Assembly (NCBI GenBank): GCA_036172245.1
Contig: JAYWIR010000001.1
Coordinates: 372,001-436,000, forward strand
Reading direction: 5' to 3'
Origin: Raillietiella orientalis
Lineage: Eukaryota
DNA: 64,000 bases
The notes below the pieces were generated by a model. The model did not search any database. It was given only the letters and a program-made list of their open reading frames with translations, and was not told the DNA's origin. The number at the start of each line of letters is the position of its first letter. Position 1 is the first letter of the stretch. The position numbers and the translations under genes were made by a program. This document shows, piece by piece, positions 1-11,849 of the stretch.

Positions 1-1199
1 CGAGGAAACTCAGTTTTCCACTGACATGAGGATCCATTGTCTTTCTCTGGTGGGACGGCCGGAGGAAGGTTGTACTTTCCAGTTTCCTCGAACTCTTCCG
101 GGGGGGGGGGGAGGTTTGACAGGATGTAACGTTCGCCATCTTCCTTCACTGTATCGCGGAAAACGAGCGAGAGCTCCGGAAGTCCGAATTCGAGAATTTG
201 AGAGAGTTTTGTTGTTTACGAATATGCGGTTCTTGGAGAGAAATTCAACCATGAAACGTGAAAAGAATCGGTTTTTGCTTCTCACCCCTTATTCTTCCCT
301 GTTCTTAGCCTCTTGGTTCCTTTGGCTTTTTCTTCATGCTTTTTCTTACTTTACCTTTCCTTTTTTCGCGGGTATTTTCAAGAGGTTTCGTATCTCCGTG
401 CATGACTCGTGCGCGGACGGCAATGAGACTCGTGGTAACGCAGCCGGTTTGACAAGCAACCCTTTTCACATCTTGGCAAGCAGCTCTGAGGGAATGACAC
501 CATTGCAATTGTGACACTTGTGATCCGCTTCTTTCGTACTGTTGCATGGCTTATTTTCTGTAAGATTCCTTCAGCCTTACAACGCGTTCCCATTGAAAAC
601 CAACGTTCTCCAAACACGCCTGCCCGGGTTACCGCTTCAGGAAGAAATTTGAAACTGAATTTTACACGGGACGAAGGACGAAGTGCAACCACTTTCTTTC
701 TTATGACAACATTGAATAGCGACCTTGAGTTACTACTGTAGGTAAGCATTGAAATTCCTTGTTCCTGCATCTGCTCATAGTCCACCGCAGAGTGTTGGTT
801 CTCTTCATCAGGACGCAGGTGCTTCCCTGTTCATGCTGAAGACACGTTGACGATCTGATGACATCACAGGGTTGTCAGTGTTATTCTGCAGGTGAACCAC
901 ATTGCAGTTTCGTACTCTCGTTGCACACCTTTGGTGCTCCCACTCTGAGCTCTCTCTCTGGGACTGGAACGAGGGCACAGTATTTCCGTTCCGATAATGA
1001 AGGTATAAAGAAATAAAATGGCTATTCTGGCCACAACGCGCACGAGTGGGCTCGATGAGAAGAAAGAAAACCAACTTTCCGTATAGATGTCTGCACGCCT
1101 TGAACAAGACAAGAAACCTGCCAAGGAAGTGATCTGGATCGCGTGAATCGCAAACAAGAAAAGGACTAGTTTTCTGTGGACTGTGGATCACCAACAGTT

Positions 1200-1680
1200 G
1201 CATCACGCACCGTCTTCGATCCTTGAAAAAGGCCTTTGTCGTTGGAAGGCAGAGACCACGGGCATTTGTGCTAAGATAGCGGACACGCTACGGCGCACGG
1301 ATTGCAATCGACTGTTCAGCCCACAGTTTTGCCAGCAAATTGATGTCCGCATTGATAACGGTAACGGGACTTCGGCTGATAATATCCTCCAAGTCTCCTC
1401 TCTTGAGGAGAAAAAGCACATTAGCTGATCGGGATGAGGCAGGCACGTCGCCAGTAGCGAACCAGCGAGGATCAGTCTCCTGAATTAGAGAGGTTGAGCG
1501 CAACACCAAGGGGGTCGGTCCCGCAGCAAAGCACTTGTAAAACTCCGCAGGATAGCCACCCCCACTTTGTGCTCTCCGTCACTTAAGACTCCCGATGGCG
1601 GTGATTATCTCACACATAGTAAAAGGCTCGTCGAGGCTTCCCGTCTGTTTCTTCACTATCGCTGGAGCACCCTGTGGCGT
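1200..1680 (-). pseudogene. Decayed L1/Tx1-like reverse transcriptase N-terminal fragment
   Basis: Minus strand reads SLDEPFTMCEIITAIGSLK*RRAQSGGGYPAEFYKCFAA...GDVPASSRSANVLFLLKRGDLEDIISRSPVTVINADINLLAKLWA, matching the RT starts at ~13.0 kb and ~27.8 kb; contains stops and frameshifts. Confidence 0.8.
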
Positions 1681-1954
1681 CAAACGTCCTGAGATACGCC
1701 ATTTTCAAGAGACACTGGCATAAAGAGAGAAGCAAAATTTGCACCCATCTGCTAAGATTGAAACAGGAATGGATAAAAGATCTGCAATCCTATTCAAACA
1801 TTGTACGAAATCGATCACTGAAAATTTCCTTTGCAGCCATGGAAACACTGCAAGCAAAATACAGTATTTACTGCCGCTGGAGGGCTCAAGAAACGGTAGA
1901 TTTAACGGAAACATCGCTAAATGGGCAACCCTACGAGCGAAGTCGAAAGCAGCC

Positions 1955-2670
1955 CTGTTCCGATTGAACATCTGAAGTGGCTCCCGGTGCTGATGAACAC
2001 CTGCACCTTCCCCTTAAAATGGCATGAGTCGGCGCTACTGTTGCAGCACTGGGGACTCCCCTGCAACGCCCGCCGACACCACTGGACCTGGGGAGCGGTC
2101 GACCCCAATTGTGTTAGGTGTAGGTAACGGGAGTCCCTTCCCCACTTACTTGTGGATTGTGTTGCCCTTCGGCCCCTTTGGCGACGCTTTGCCGCGGCCA
2201 TCGGAATCCCCTGCGGCAACCCCAGGGACGCCTTCGGCCTGTGCGGGCCCTGTGCTTCCTTGTGCTGCCTTCGTGGGATCGTCGCCGCTTGGAGCAAGGC
2301 AACGGGAGGACCTCGCGATAAGGGTGCCATCCAGCGCGCCGCCAAATTTTTGAGGGCGTCGCGATGGCCCCGCCTGGATCCAAACATACAGCAAGAGCTT
2401 GCCGGCATCCTGCGCAGGATGCAAGGCCCCACCAGCTACAGTGATCCCTTCCCATACCCTCCCACCTTTTCTTTTCTTTTTGTTTAGTTTTTTTGTTTAT
2501 CCCCCTTCCCCCTGCTTCCGTGGTGGACCGTATCGGTCTGCGAACCGGAGACCCGGCAGGCTCTGTGTTTCTTCGTGCGCGGCTGGAGCACTGGTCCAGC
2601 CCCAGCACATCTTTTTGAAGTTTGTGTTTTTTTGTAATAAATGCCACGGCGAAACTCGGGTGAAAATCGA
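1955..2670 (+). mobile_element. 3' fragment of L1/Tx1-like element (C-terminal CCHC zinc finger plus 3' UTR)
   Basis: FPLKWHESALLLQHWGLPCN...PNCVRCR*RESL/PHLLVDCVALRPLWRR (CxxC..E..H..C zinc finger). Followed by the family 3' UTR: GTGATCCCTT, T-rich tract, CTGCGAACCGG, AATAAA at 2636-2641. Confidence 0.8.
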
Positions 2671-3489
2671 AAGCAGCCCTGCTGCTGAAAGTGCGCTTAC
2701 AAGAAGCGCCTTTCGCGGATGAGAAAGAAACGCAATACGTGAGCTCTTCCGCCGCTGAAGTGCCCCTAGCGGCCTCGACGACAACGTTGCGTCCGACCGC
2801 TCACACGGAGGCAGGGCCATTTCTGAACGGCGACGAACATGGCAGCCAGAACGAGGCGGGCTGCATGGAGGTGAGGGGAGGGAAGGAAAAGGAGCAGGCG
2901 AATTCCCCTCCAATCCATACCCTGAAGGGGAGTGCCCGGAGGAAACCTTCCACGAGCAAAAAAGCTCAGAAAGATGTTTCGGCACTTGCGCCGTCGTGAT
3001 CGCGCGTAGCGATCGGGTGGCTGCCGCTGCCGTCGAAAGACAAAAGACTCCGGAGACAGCGGCACAAAGCGTGAAGGACGAGTCCACCACAGCCTCGAAG
3101 AGGTCTGCGAGACGGGCAAAACACCTCTCTTGAGCCCGGAAATCATCTATCGATGAGGAGCCCCACTCCACAAGCGAAATGCGCGACCCCTGCGCGAAAA
3201 CGTGTGCGCGCCTGGCGAACTCTGCAACTTCAATGGATTCTGTGACGATGAAAAGAGGCGCAGTGGTCAACGCTCTGTGCCGTTTTGACTCGGTGGATTG
3301 AAAGCATCTCCGATGAGCGGTTTCGGAGCTCGGGAGACACGCATGTGGTACGCCACACTGGAGGTGAGGCTCCGCACGAATGTGAGGAGTTGCGAACCAC
3401 AAGGATCCACGAGTAAGTGGAGGAACGTATCCGCCGCCGCCGTGCGACGAGTTCGGACTGCAGTGCCAAATGGCCGTCCACAAGCCGAC

Positions 3490-3850
3490 CGGCCATGTCC
3501 TGCATAGTGAGGACATTGGGAAGCGCATACGGGGACGGGGATTCCGGAACTCGGAAACAGTGCTCTCGGATCACCCGATGCTGCAATTTCCCTCGAAGAC
3601 GAACAAATCCCGACGGTAAAGCGGTTCCAGAAGGGCGCTCATTTGCATTCTCGAATATTTCGCAAAGTCTCTCGGTCACCAGCTCAACATCCAGGCGTTT
3701 CTGCGGAACGTTGGCAATACGGTATGCGATCGCCTGTTTGCGAACATGCAGTACGGTTAATAGAACACGAAGCAGGAAGCATAAAGACAATTGAACATCC
3801 ACACCGCTCCGTGTCTCTGTACACAGAGCACTACGAGAGATGGTGTGTCT
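3490..3850 (+). repeat. Unknown repeated coding-like module M1 (second copy inverted at ~20450-20810)
   Basis: Clear nucleotide homology to the reverse complement of 20450-20810 (e.g. GGACATTGGGAAGCGCAT, CTCATTTGCATTCTC, GGTCACCAGCTCAACA, CCTGTTTGCGAACATGCA). Shared frame ALICIL...GHQLN.QA...NVGN...LFANMQYG. Confidence 0.75.
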
Positions 3851-4539
3851 TCCAATCAGTAAAAGAGGAAGCTGGTGTACTTGACCGACGTGCCTGGATC
3901 CACTACTAAGATGCACCACAGCGCGAAAGGGATCGTGGAGGCATTTGAACGCCACCGCCCCTCATACTTCTAAGGACATCGATATTCATCGACAAAAGAG
4001 CAGGAAGTCCTTCAGTGCTTCCTGAGAAGGCTACCGTCATTCCAATAGCGTGAACGGCTCTAGGAGGAGATTCCAATGGACGAACTGAAAAGACAGTTCC
4101 CGGGAATGCTCAAGGATATGGCGGCGGAATCTCAAGGTGCGCTGGCTTCGCCGTACCAGTCAACATTGCTCCTCCTCTTTCCCCTTTCCTTCTAATCCAT
4201 CTTTTCCTAAATGAAACCTCCTTCTTCGTCCTTCTCCTTCTATTCCCGCTAGACACCATTTGAAGCTTCTTGAGTTCACTTTGTCTGAGCCTCCGTTTTC
4301 TTTCCCTTTTCAGCTCCCTTCCTTCCATCTCCCCACTTCCATATTCGAACCCTCCGCCGTCTCCCTGTCTTCCTGGACTTCCTTGAGTTTTACACATTCT
4401 CTCCTCTTCCCAACTCCATCCATTCCTCCCTTGTACAACAGGCATTCCTCCTGAATTTGTTTAATTTCCTGGAACGGCTTTCCTTCCGTCCAGAGGGGAA
4501 TCTTCCTACATTCCCCTCATGCGGATTCAGTCTCCGATT

Positions 4540-5095
4540 CCTCATAACGAGAAGATATTGGCACGCGCATGCAAATCCCTCGGATAATCCACATCACCAG
4601 GAGAGGTGGCTCGGAGGCGTCCTGGTGGTCTCCGGACTACCCAGGAAGGATGCATGGCAGACCCGTAGTGCCCCCCGACACCTCACAGTCTGGCTCCTCC
4701 TAATCCTCATATTCTGCATCCATGGAATCCCAATTAGATCTAATCACACCGGCGATCTGGAAACCGACATGGGAAAGTTAGATACTCGGCAACGCCCAAA
4801 GACAAAGGACTCACTTCCTTCCGTAGAAGATATTCTAATAGCTTGCGTTGATGGGCTGAAAATCCTTCCTGCATCCATAAACAGTGTCATTCCTAATACA
4901 GAAGTGCAGACGTGTATCCAGAGGAATATTCAGAGACGAACATCCAGAGAGCGGAGGCTGCTCCCACGCCGCAGATCAGCAAGGTCTTAGCAAATGGCAT
5001 TGTTAGGAAGGCCGACGAGTGAGGCAGCACCCTTTTTTCTTGAATGAAGCGTATCTTAGGAAAGTTCCTCTGCTAGCATGGACTTCGTCTGCCGA
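4540..5095 (+). repeat. Unknown repeated module M2 (further copies inverted at ~9625-10085 and ~19930-20375)
   Basis: Shared blocks CAAATCCCTCGG, GAGAGGTGGCTCGGAGGCGTCCTGGTGG, GGCTGCTCCCACGCCGCAGATCAGCAAGGTCTTAGC, AGCGTATCYTAGGAAA...GCTAGCATGG; flanked on both sides by pyrimidine-rich tracts. Confidence 0.85.
4823..4937 (+). mobile_element. Fragment resembling a bacterial IS256-family transposase, inserted in module M2
   Basis: Translates VEDILIACVDGLKILPASINSVIPNTEVQTCI, matching the IS256 DDE-region motif as I recall it (GVEDILIACVDGLKgFP.AI..VFP..EVQ.CIVH). The segment is absent from the two paralogous M2 copies, where CACTTCCTT(C/T)C joins directly to TGAACAT. Confidence 0.8.
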
Positions 5096-7199
5096 GAGGC
5101 ACTTGCGTGTGTCCCACTGCCTATGGCTCTGCTTCAGCATAAGGATTTTTATCTAGGATAGAAAAAGAGATGAAAAAAACGTGTCCTTCTGGAAATGAGG
5201 ATCTCAAAAAGCGTTTTCTTGTTCTTCGCTTCTCTTCTTCTTTTTGCTGATCTCTGTAGCTCGTTTCCATCTTTCCGTTTTCTTCCTTCGTTCAACCTGT
5301 CACTCTTTTTATTACAAACGACCAGTCTTCCTTTCTTCATCCTCCTCTCCTTCTCCACCTACCCCTATCACCTGTGACTTTTCCCTCCAGCCTGCCTACT
5401 TCGCCTCTTCCTCGTCGGAGCAGTTTCAGTCCCTCCTTTTGTGCCCACATCCGCTTTTACATGCTCGCCTCCAGCATTTTTTTTGCGCCCTCCGTCCGTC
5501 CTTCTCGGCCAATTTGGCAGGCCCCTTTCTCTTTTACTTCTCTTTGCTTTTCCATGCGCTCGTTCCATTCTCTTCTACCTGCCAGCTCTACCTGCTGGTT
5601 CCCCCGCAGTGACTCTTATCTTCCTCCTCCGGCACTTCTGTTTGGCCTCATGGTCACTGCGTAATGAAGTTCAACTTGAGAGCAGCACAGTGATGCAGCG
5701 TGAACAACTGGTTGCTGTATAGCAGATGGTTCTGTATGGTCCATCGGATAATGCTGTTGCTAAATGGCTCACTGCGGTTTCATCCCGACCATCCCACTGT
5801 TGCTTGACTACCATGTTCTACTAACCCCTATTTTCACGCATTCCATTCCAGAACTCCTACGACTACATTCGTTGTGTGCTGAAAGAATGAGTCGTTGGCC
5901 GACGTTTCCTTCACGACGATGTTCTTCTCATGAAGCAGATGAATCTTCAAATGAACATCGCACCCATTGAAGGCATGACAATGGATCCGTTTGTAAATTT
6001 CCTCGACCGCGGCTTGGCGAGTGTATATCGTTGGTCCTGCAAGATGACCCTTACATACCACTTGATAAGAAGTTATTCGTGAGGAATTGCCGAGGCTTAT
6101 ATGCCCCCTGTTCCGAGGAATAGGCAGGGAACTTCTTTTCTGCATGGAAGGTCATCGTTTGTTAGACGAAGCTTGCCTTCTGCCTTTCCGACATATGACA
6201 GTGTCACCACCTTAACTTGGAATCCATGATGGAACAAGTGGAAACGGAGAAGAGGGTAGACTGAGATCACCAGCTTCCACTAGTATTCCACTAGTATTTC
6301 CTGTGGCGTCGTGGGGTGCAACTGCCTATCTAGAGCAGAGATAGTTCGACTTCAGGTACAAAGGATAAAGACGCATATCATGAATGCCCTCAAGATCGAA
6401 CAGGTGCTAATAAGGTATAGATACACAACATGTTGTGCAAACCTTTGCATCAAATCTGCGACGTTGAACCCTCCTCGCTTGCCCTGGGGTTATGAAGCCG
6501 GTCGCAACAAGATTCCTCTGAACAAGGCCTGAGCTTTCCTGAAGAAGGCATGGCCTTCTCCACAAGAAAAGGCCGGCTGAATCATCGGACCTGGCATGAG
6601 TGGAAGAGAGACAATCTGTTTTCGGAGGAAGCATAGCTCTTGAAGAGGACGCATCTATGGAATTATCTAGAGAAGAAAGCCGGGAAAGCACGAAGGGGCA
6701 GAGAAGACAGTAGACGAGAGGGAAAAAAGTTCAGAAGGAATATGAACCGAGATGTTCCCACTAGAGGAAGTGGAGGAAGAAAGAGGGTCCTTTGGCAATT
6801 TACACTTAATTCCAGGCCCTCTAATCGCAGATTAATGGAAAGAGGACACGGAAGACGAGCAATTACAACTTGCATCCACCGAATACAAACTATGGTGTGA
6901 CTCCTCTCTTCTTTTAGGCCAGTATCCCCCATCCCCATTCGCTCAGAAGAGCGAGCAAGAGCAGCCGTCCGATGACAGGAACAAGATAGGAACGATGCAG
7001 GAGATATGGAACTCAAGGAACAAGAAAGGAAAATGGACACGAAGACCGAACTATTGCTCGCGATCCAACGAAAAAAGATTTCAGCTCTAGAGGATGCTGG
7101 ATGAAGAAAAGCCTTGCCGGGAGGACTTTTTGACGGCATATCAAATGCTGGAAGGAAAATTCAAAAGATATTCAAAGGAAAAGTAAGAACAGAAAGAAA

Positions 7200-8010
7200 A
7201 AATAAAAGGAGACCCAGGGTCGATCCCAGCGACAGATCTTCCATCCAGAGGCCCTATACTACAAATAGAAGAGCAATCAGAGGACTCCGAGATCAGCAGG
7301 ACCAAACTTGTAAATTAGAAACGGAGACACTGGAGGAGCGTTTCGAAAAGCAGCTAGAAATTAAATAGAAATCATATGAAGAGCTCTCAAAGAGGATATT
7401 GCTGGGGAGAAACCCGGAAACATCCTCTCAGATCTGTCGCCATTTACGCAGGAGGAGGTAGCGGCAATACTGCGCAATATCGAAAATTCCTGCAGAGGAT
7501 GGGCTCATATATGTTGGCTAGAGCAGCGTAGATTCGGAGGCAGAAATGCTGATGGTAATTATAGTCTGATGAGAAACTCCCGTCGGATTCTGGAAGAACG
7601 ATGGGGAACGCACCAGGACCGTTCTTACAGCGGAGAAATCCTCCGCAGCAGAGGGCACCTTCGACAGGAAGCTAGTATCTATTGGAAATAGCATACACAG
7701 GCTGTACGCCAATTGTATGGCCTCTAGATTGATGAAGTGCATCATGGAAAGCAAAGTAATAGGCACTCAACGAACGAGCTTCCTACCCTTTGATGAGGTA
7801 CTGGATACATTCCAGTCTTGTCTGGATTAGAACTTTGTTATCCAGACAAGACTGGACTCTTCTCATCGCTGGTCGCTGGCTTGTGTGCGGTATTCATAGA
7901 CTTCGCCAACGTCTTCAAAACAAAGTGCTATGAGATGATCCTGGAAACATTGAAGGAAGCAGGGGCAGGTAGCGAATTTATTGACATCATTCAAGACAAT
8001 TCAACAAAAA
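7200..8010 (+). pseudogene. Decayed RT fragment of an R2/NeSL-type (restriction-like endonuclease group) non-LTR retrotransposon
   Basis: SIQRPYTTNRRAIRGLRDQQDQTCKLETETLEERF (NeSL-like pre-RT motif), PAEDGLIY, RKLVSIGNSIHRLYANCMASRL...VIGTQRTSFLP, LCAVFIDFANVFKTKCYEMILETLKEAGAGSEFIDIIQD (RT subdomains 0-3); many stops. Confidence 0.65.
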
Positions 8011-8039
8011 GGGAGGGAAATGTTTTTTCGGGGAGATGA

Positions 8040-9030
8040 GGGCAAGGAAGGGATCACCGCTCGCCTGGAGTGATCCTCTGCATCCTGTTGTGCTGGACAA
8101 GTGCTGATCGAATGTTCCGGAGTCGGAGCCATCGGGCGGCGTTCTTCATGAAGATTTCCGCCCAGTGGATGGCACCCCTGCTGTTTTGGCCTCTTCTCTT
8201 CGCGTTCCACCTTGCTACGATTCCGCGTACACAGCAGAGAACTGCCAGAGACGTGGAGGAGGGTAAGGCGTCACTCATGAAGAGGCGCCGGAAAATGTTT
8301 TTAGGGCTGCCTCCTGGGATTTTGAGGATCGATGGAAGTCGATCCTAAAATGTACAGAGGGCGACACAGTCTATTAGGAAATGCGGAAAGTTTTCCCTTT
8401 CCTCGCAGCCTGCACAACGGGCAGCCACCCTCCCTAGTGCTCAGTGAGACAGGCGTGCTCTGCTTAAATGTCCCCAATGGAGAAGAAGCAACCCCGTCTC
8501 CTGCCACTGCAGGGGGAGGGTGCCGTTGTCCCAAGACGCTGGGGGCCACTTCACCTCCTCCGGAGGTATTGCGAGCAGCTCGCCCCATTGCGTAAGTCCG
8601 AGCAGAGCAGAGTAGACCGAGCTGGAACGTGCCTGCCGGGACTCCTCGCCTCCTGCTGAAGAACATCGATTGCATGCAGAGGATGCTTAGAGAAGAGCTG
8701 ATGGTTGCTGCAGGACCACCTGCTGGCTGCACCTTCCAGGTTTACTCTCCCAACCAGCCTATCTGTCGACCTTGCCTGTCTTCCTGTTTTGTGGGCGACT
8801 TTGCTTGTTGCGTATGAGGTCCATCCTGTGCTCCAGGGAGCGTTGGTAGCAAATGCACCTGCCAGAACGGGAGCAGAGCGTGAAGGCTCCGGGCACGCTG
8901 GCGCCTCGGCTGCTTCAAACATTAACACTGCCTGCGTGACCTGGTGGACAACGCTAAGGCTCAAGCGCTCGCTCTTCCGTGCTACCCCCAACTGCGAGAC
9001 GGGGCGCCAGGAAGAAGTCATGTGTGCTTC
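8040..9030 (-). mobile_element. 3' ORF2 fragment of L1/Tx1-like element
   Basis: GGCPLCRLRGK zinc-finger region, homologous to 24950-25110. C-terminus RWLRLRNIRSALVQHNRMQRITPGER* ends in CGGTGATCCCTTCC, the family stop/3' UTR junction. Confidence 0.65.
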
Positions 9031-9624
9031 CACCCGTCCACATCCACATAAGGAAAAGGAACGGGAATAGGGTGCTGACTAGAGCGCAACAGTTGTTTCC
9101 GTATGGAACCTCCGGTCACTTTCTTCGAAACAGAGGTAGCGAAAAGCGCATTCACGTCGACTTCCTCAGAAGGGTCACTGATGCAACAGTGCACGCACCA
9201 AAGTTAAAAGGGAAGAAATAAAAGGTCAGAAAGAGCATCGGGGAGAGGTATAATCGAAAAAGGTAGGCAAAGAGAAAAGGTGGTGGGAAATCAGGAATGA
9301 AAAAAAAGGTTTGGAGGAAAATAAGAGAGGTTGGAAGAAGGAATGAATCAATGGGGAATAAGAAGAGGAAAAGGCATAAGAAATGAAGGATAAAAAGGGA
9401 GCTGCGAACTCACGAGGAGAAAAAACAGTGTGGACCTTAGGAAACATCCGAAGAGGCGTAAAAGGCGGGAAAATGCCGAACAGGAACAGCCAACGGAGAC
9501 GAGGGCGACAACAAAAGGTCACGGGGCTTTCCCTTCTATTGTCCTTCTCTTGATGAACGTCGCCTAACCGGGGTGTTTCTACGAAAATGGTCAGGCCTAG
9601 AACCACAACTGCCCCTAGGCATAC

Positions 9625-10085
9625 GAAGCCCATGCTAGCCGAGGACGTTTCCTAGGATACGCTCCATCCAAGAAAGAAGGAAGAAGCAGAAGAGATTTCC
9701 TCTGAGCAAGTCTCGTTCTGTTGCCTGCTACCTTACTCGTCGGCATTCCTAGAAATGACATCCGCTAAGACCTTGCTGATCTGCGGCGTGGGAGCAGCCG
9801 CCGCTATCTAGATGTTCAGGAAGGAAGTGTATCCTTGCTCCTGGGCGTTGCCGGACCTGTAACTTTCCAGTGACGGTTTCCGGATCGCCGGTGTGATCAG
9901 GAAATCTCTGGGGAACTCTCCGTATGCCGACTACGACGAGGAGAGGGAGCCGAGCTGCGAGGTGTCGGAGGCTACCACGGGCCTGCCATGCATCCTTCCA
10001 GTTTCCTGGACACCACCAGGACGCCTCCGAGCCACCTCTCGTAGTGGTGTAGGTTAGCCGAGGGATTTGGATGCGGTCGCCAAAA
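9625..10085 (-). repeat. Module M2, copy 2
   Basis: Reverse-complement homology to 4540-5095. CCCATGCTAGCCGAGGACGTTTCCTAGGATACGCTCC is identical to the copy at ~19934. Confidence 0.85.
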
Positions 10086-10199
10086 TCTTTTCGCCCACAG
10101 GAATCGGGGGCGTGACGCAGGATGAGGGGAATGTAGGACAAATCTCTTTCTGCACGGCTGGGCGACTGTTTCAGAAAAGTTAAGCGGAACCAGGAGGGA

Positions 10200-11375
10200 T
10201 CCGTATTGTATTTTGTGCATGAGGCTGGAAAGAAGGAACGGCTGGAAATAGGGAAAAAAAGGGAGGAATATGGAAGAGGTTGAGAAGAGAGGGGATGGAG
10301 TGACGGAAGAAGATTGAAATAGGCAATGCAAACGGAGGTTCGAGCACGAAAAAAGAAAGAAAGCTGTTGAAGAGTTATGGGTTTGCAAAGTGACCATGAA
10401 GAGATCTCTGCAGGGAGATCGGGATAGCAGAAGGAGAAAAAGGAGAAACGGCGGGGAAAAAAAAAGAGGAATTGGGGGGAAAAGGTGGAAATTCAGACGT
10501 GAAAATACTGAAGCGAGGAAGGGTGGGAAAAAAGAAGAATGTGAGTAAGAGAAGAAAGAAGTGCAAAGGGGGTGCATCGGATGAGGAATGAAAGGAAGAC
10601 AACTGCAAAGGGGAAAAACAAACAGCAAGAAACTCAAAGGAGAAAGGCAGGAACAAGGGATGGGAAAAGGGAGACCATAAAGTGAATAGAGGAAGGAGGA
10701 AAATAAGCAGGGAGAGAAGAAGACCAACGGGAAATTGAAGGAAGATTCAGAGGGAGAGTGGTGCCGAAAATAAGGGAAAGTTCGGAGGTGGATGGAGGTT
10801 GCAATGGGAGGACGGTGTAAACACTTGGATGGGCATGAAAAAGGGACGAAGGGAATGAAAAAAAAAGAAGGATGGAAAGCGAGTAGCAGGTTAAGAAACC
10901 TGCAATAGATCAGCAAGTCTGCAATTATCCGTGTAGGGGAAAATGGAAGAGGGAAGCAAGCGCAGGCGAACAAGAAGGTAAGAAAACGGTATAGAAGAAT
11001 AGAAGAGAAAGTAATGGAAAGAGAACAAACGAGACAATGAGGATTGGTGAGATGAAGACGAGGTGGAGGAGGTGCAGGAATTCTCAGATGAAGGAATCCT
11101 TCAACGAAACTACAAAGAAGGAAAAGCTGAATCATAATTGAAAGAAGGAAGCTGAAAAGGAAAAGTCAAGGTGGACCAAAGAATAGCAGATGCAGAACGA
11201 GAAGATTATAAAATACAGGATTAGTGCTCCAGGAAAGGAGGAGGAAAGAATGATCAAGGAAGTGAACACCAGGAGGCGAAGGACGGGAGAAAAAGGAAAA
11301 TACAAGATGTGGTGGCTGGAGGGCGAAAAATCGGGAGGAGAGGAGAAAGGAGCAGTTGGAAGAGGGAAATGAAAG
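10200..11375. repeat. Long non-tandem purine-rich (GA) tract, ~1.2 kb
   Basis: Strong A/G excess on the + strand with no simple repeat unit. Similar tracts at 9200-9520 and 19080-19800; TC-rich equivalents at 4170-4460, 5200-5640 and 21440-22190. Confidence 0.85.
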
Positions 11376-11849
11376 CAGAATGTGTGGGCGATGCCACCCG
11401 GGTATGCCGGGACGTTTATTCAAACTCTCAACATAGTCATGACAATACGTGGTACAAGGCCCCACTAACGGCCAACATTATGCCTGACCTGACGGGACAC
11501 CGGTACGCAGATCAGCGTGACTCTCCTCGTTAGTGGAAGGGGAAGGGGGAAGAAACAAAAAATAAAAATAAAACAATATCCAAAAAAAAAGAATTTTTGG
11601 AGGGAGGGGAAAGGATCACTGCCCACTGAGAGGAGGGTCCATCCTGTGCAGGATGCCCTCGAGGTCCTTCTTTAGTCCACCCAGCTGGTGCCATCCGGTA
11701 GCTCTCTGCAGGAAGCGAACAGCATACGGGATGACATCCGTTACGTCGGAATCTTCATCATCATCTTCGGCACTCCTGCAGAGGCACACGAGGCCTCCCG
11801 CTGCCCCACAGGGCGATGCGCAGGAGGTTCTTTGTTCTCTTTTTCATCT

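Noticed and set aside
9972-11135. 387-aa Phe/Leu/Ser/Pro-rich ORF (and similar ORFs at 21397-22234 and 5195-5664)
   Set aside because: By-product of pyrimidine-rich tracts that lack stop codons; not a membrane protein.
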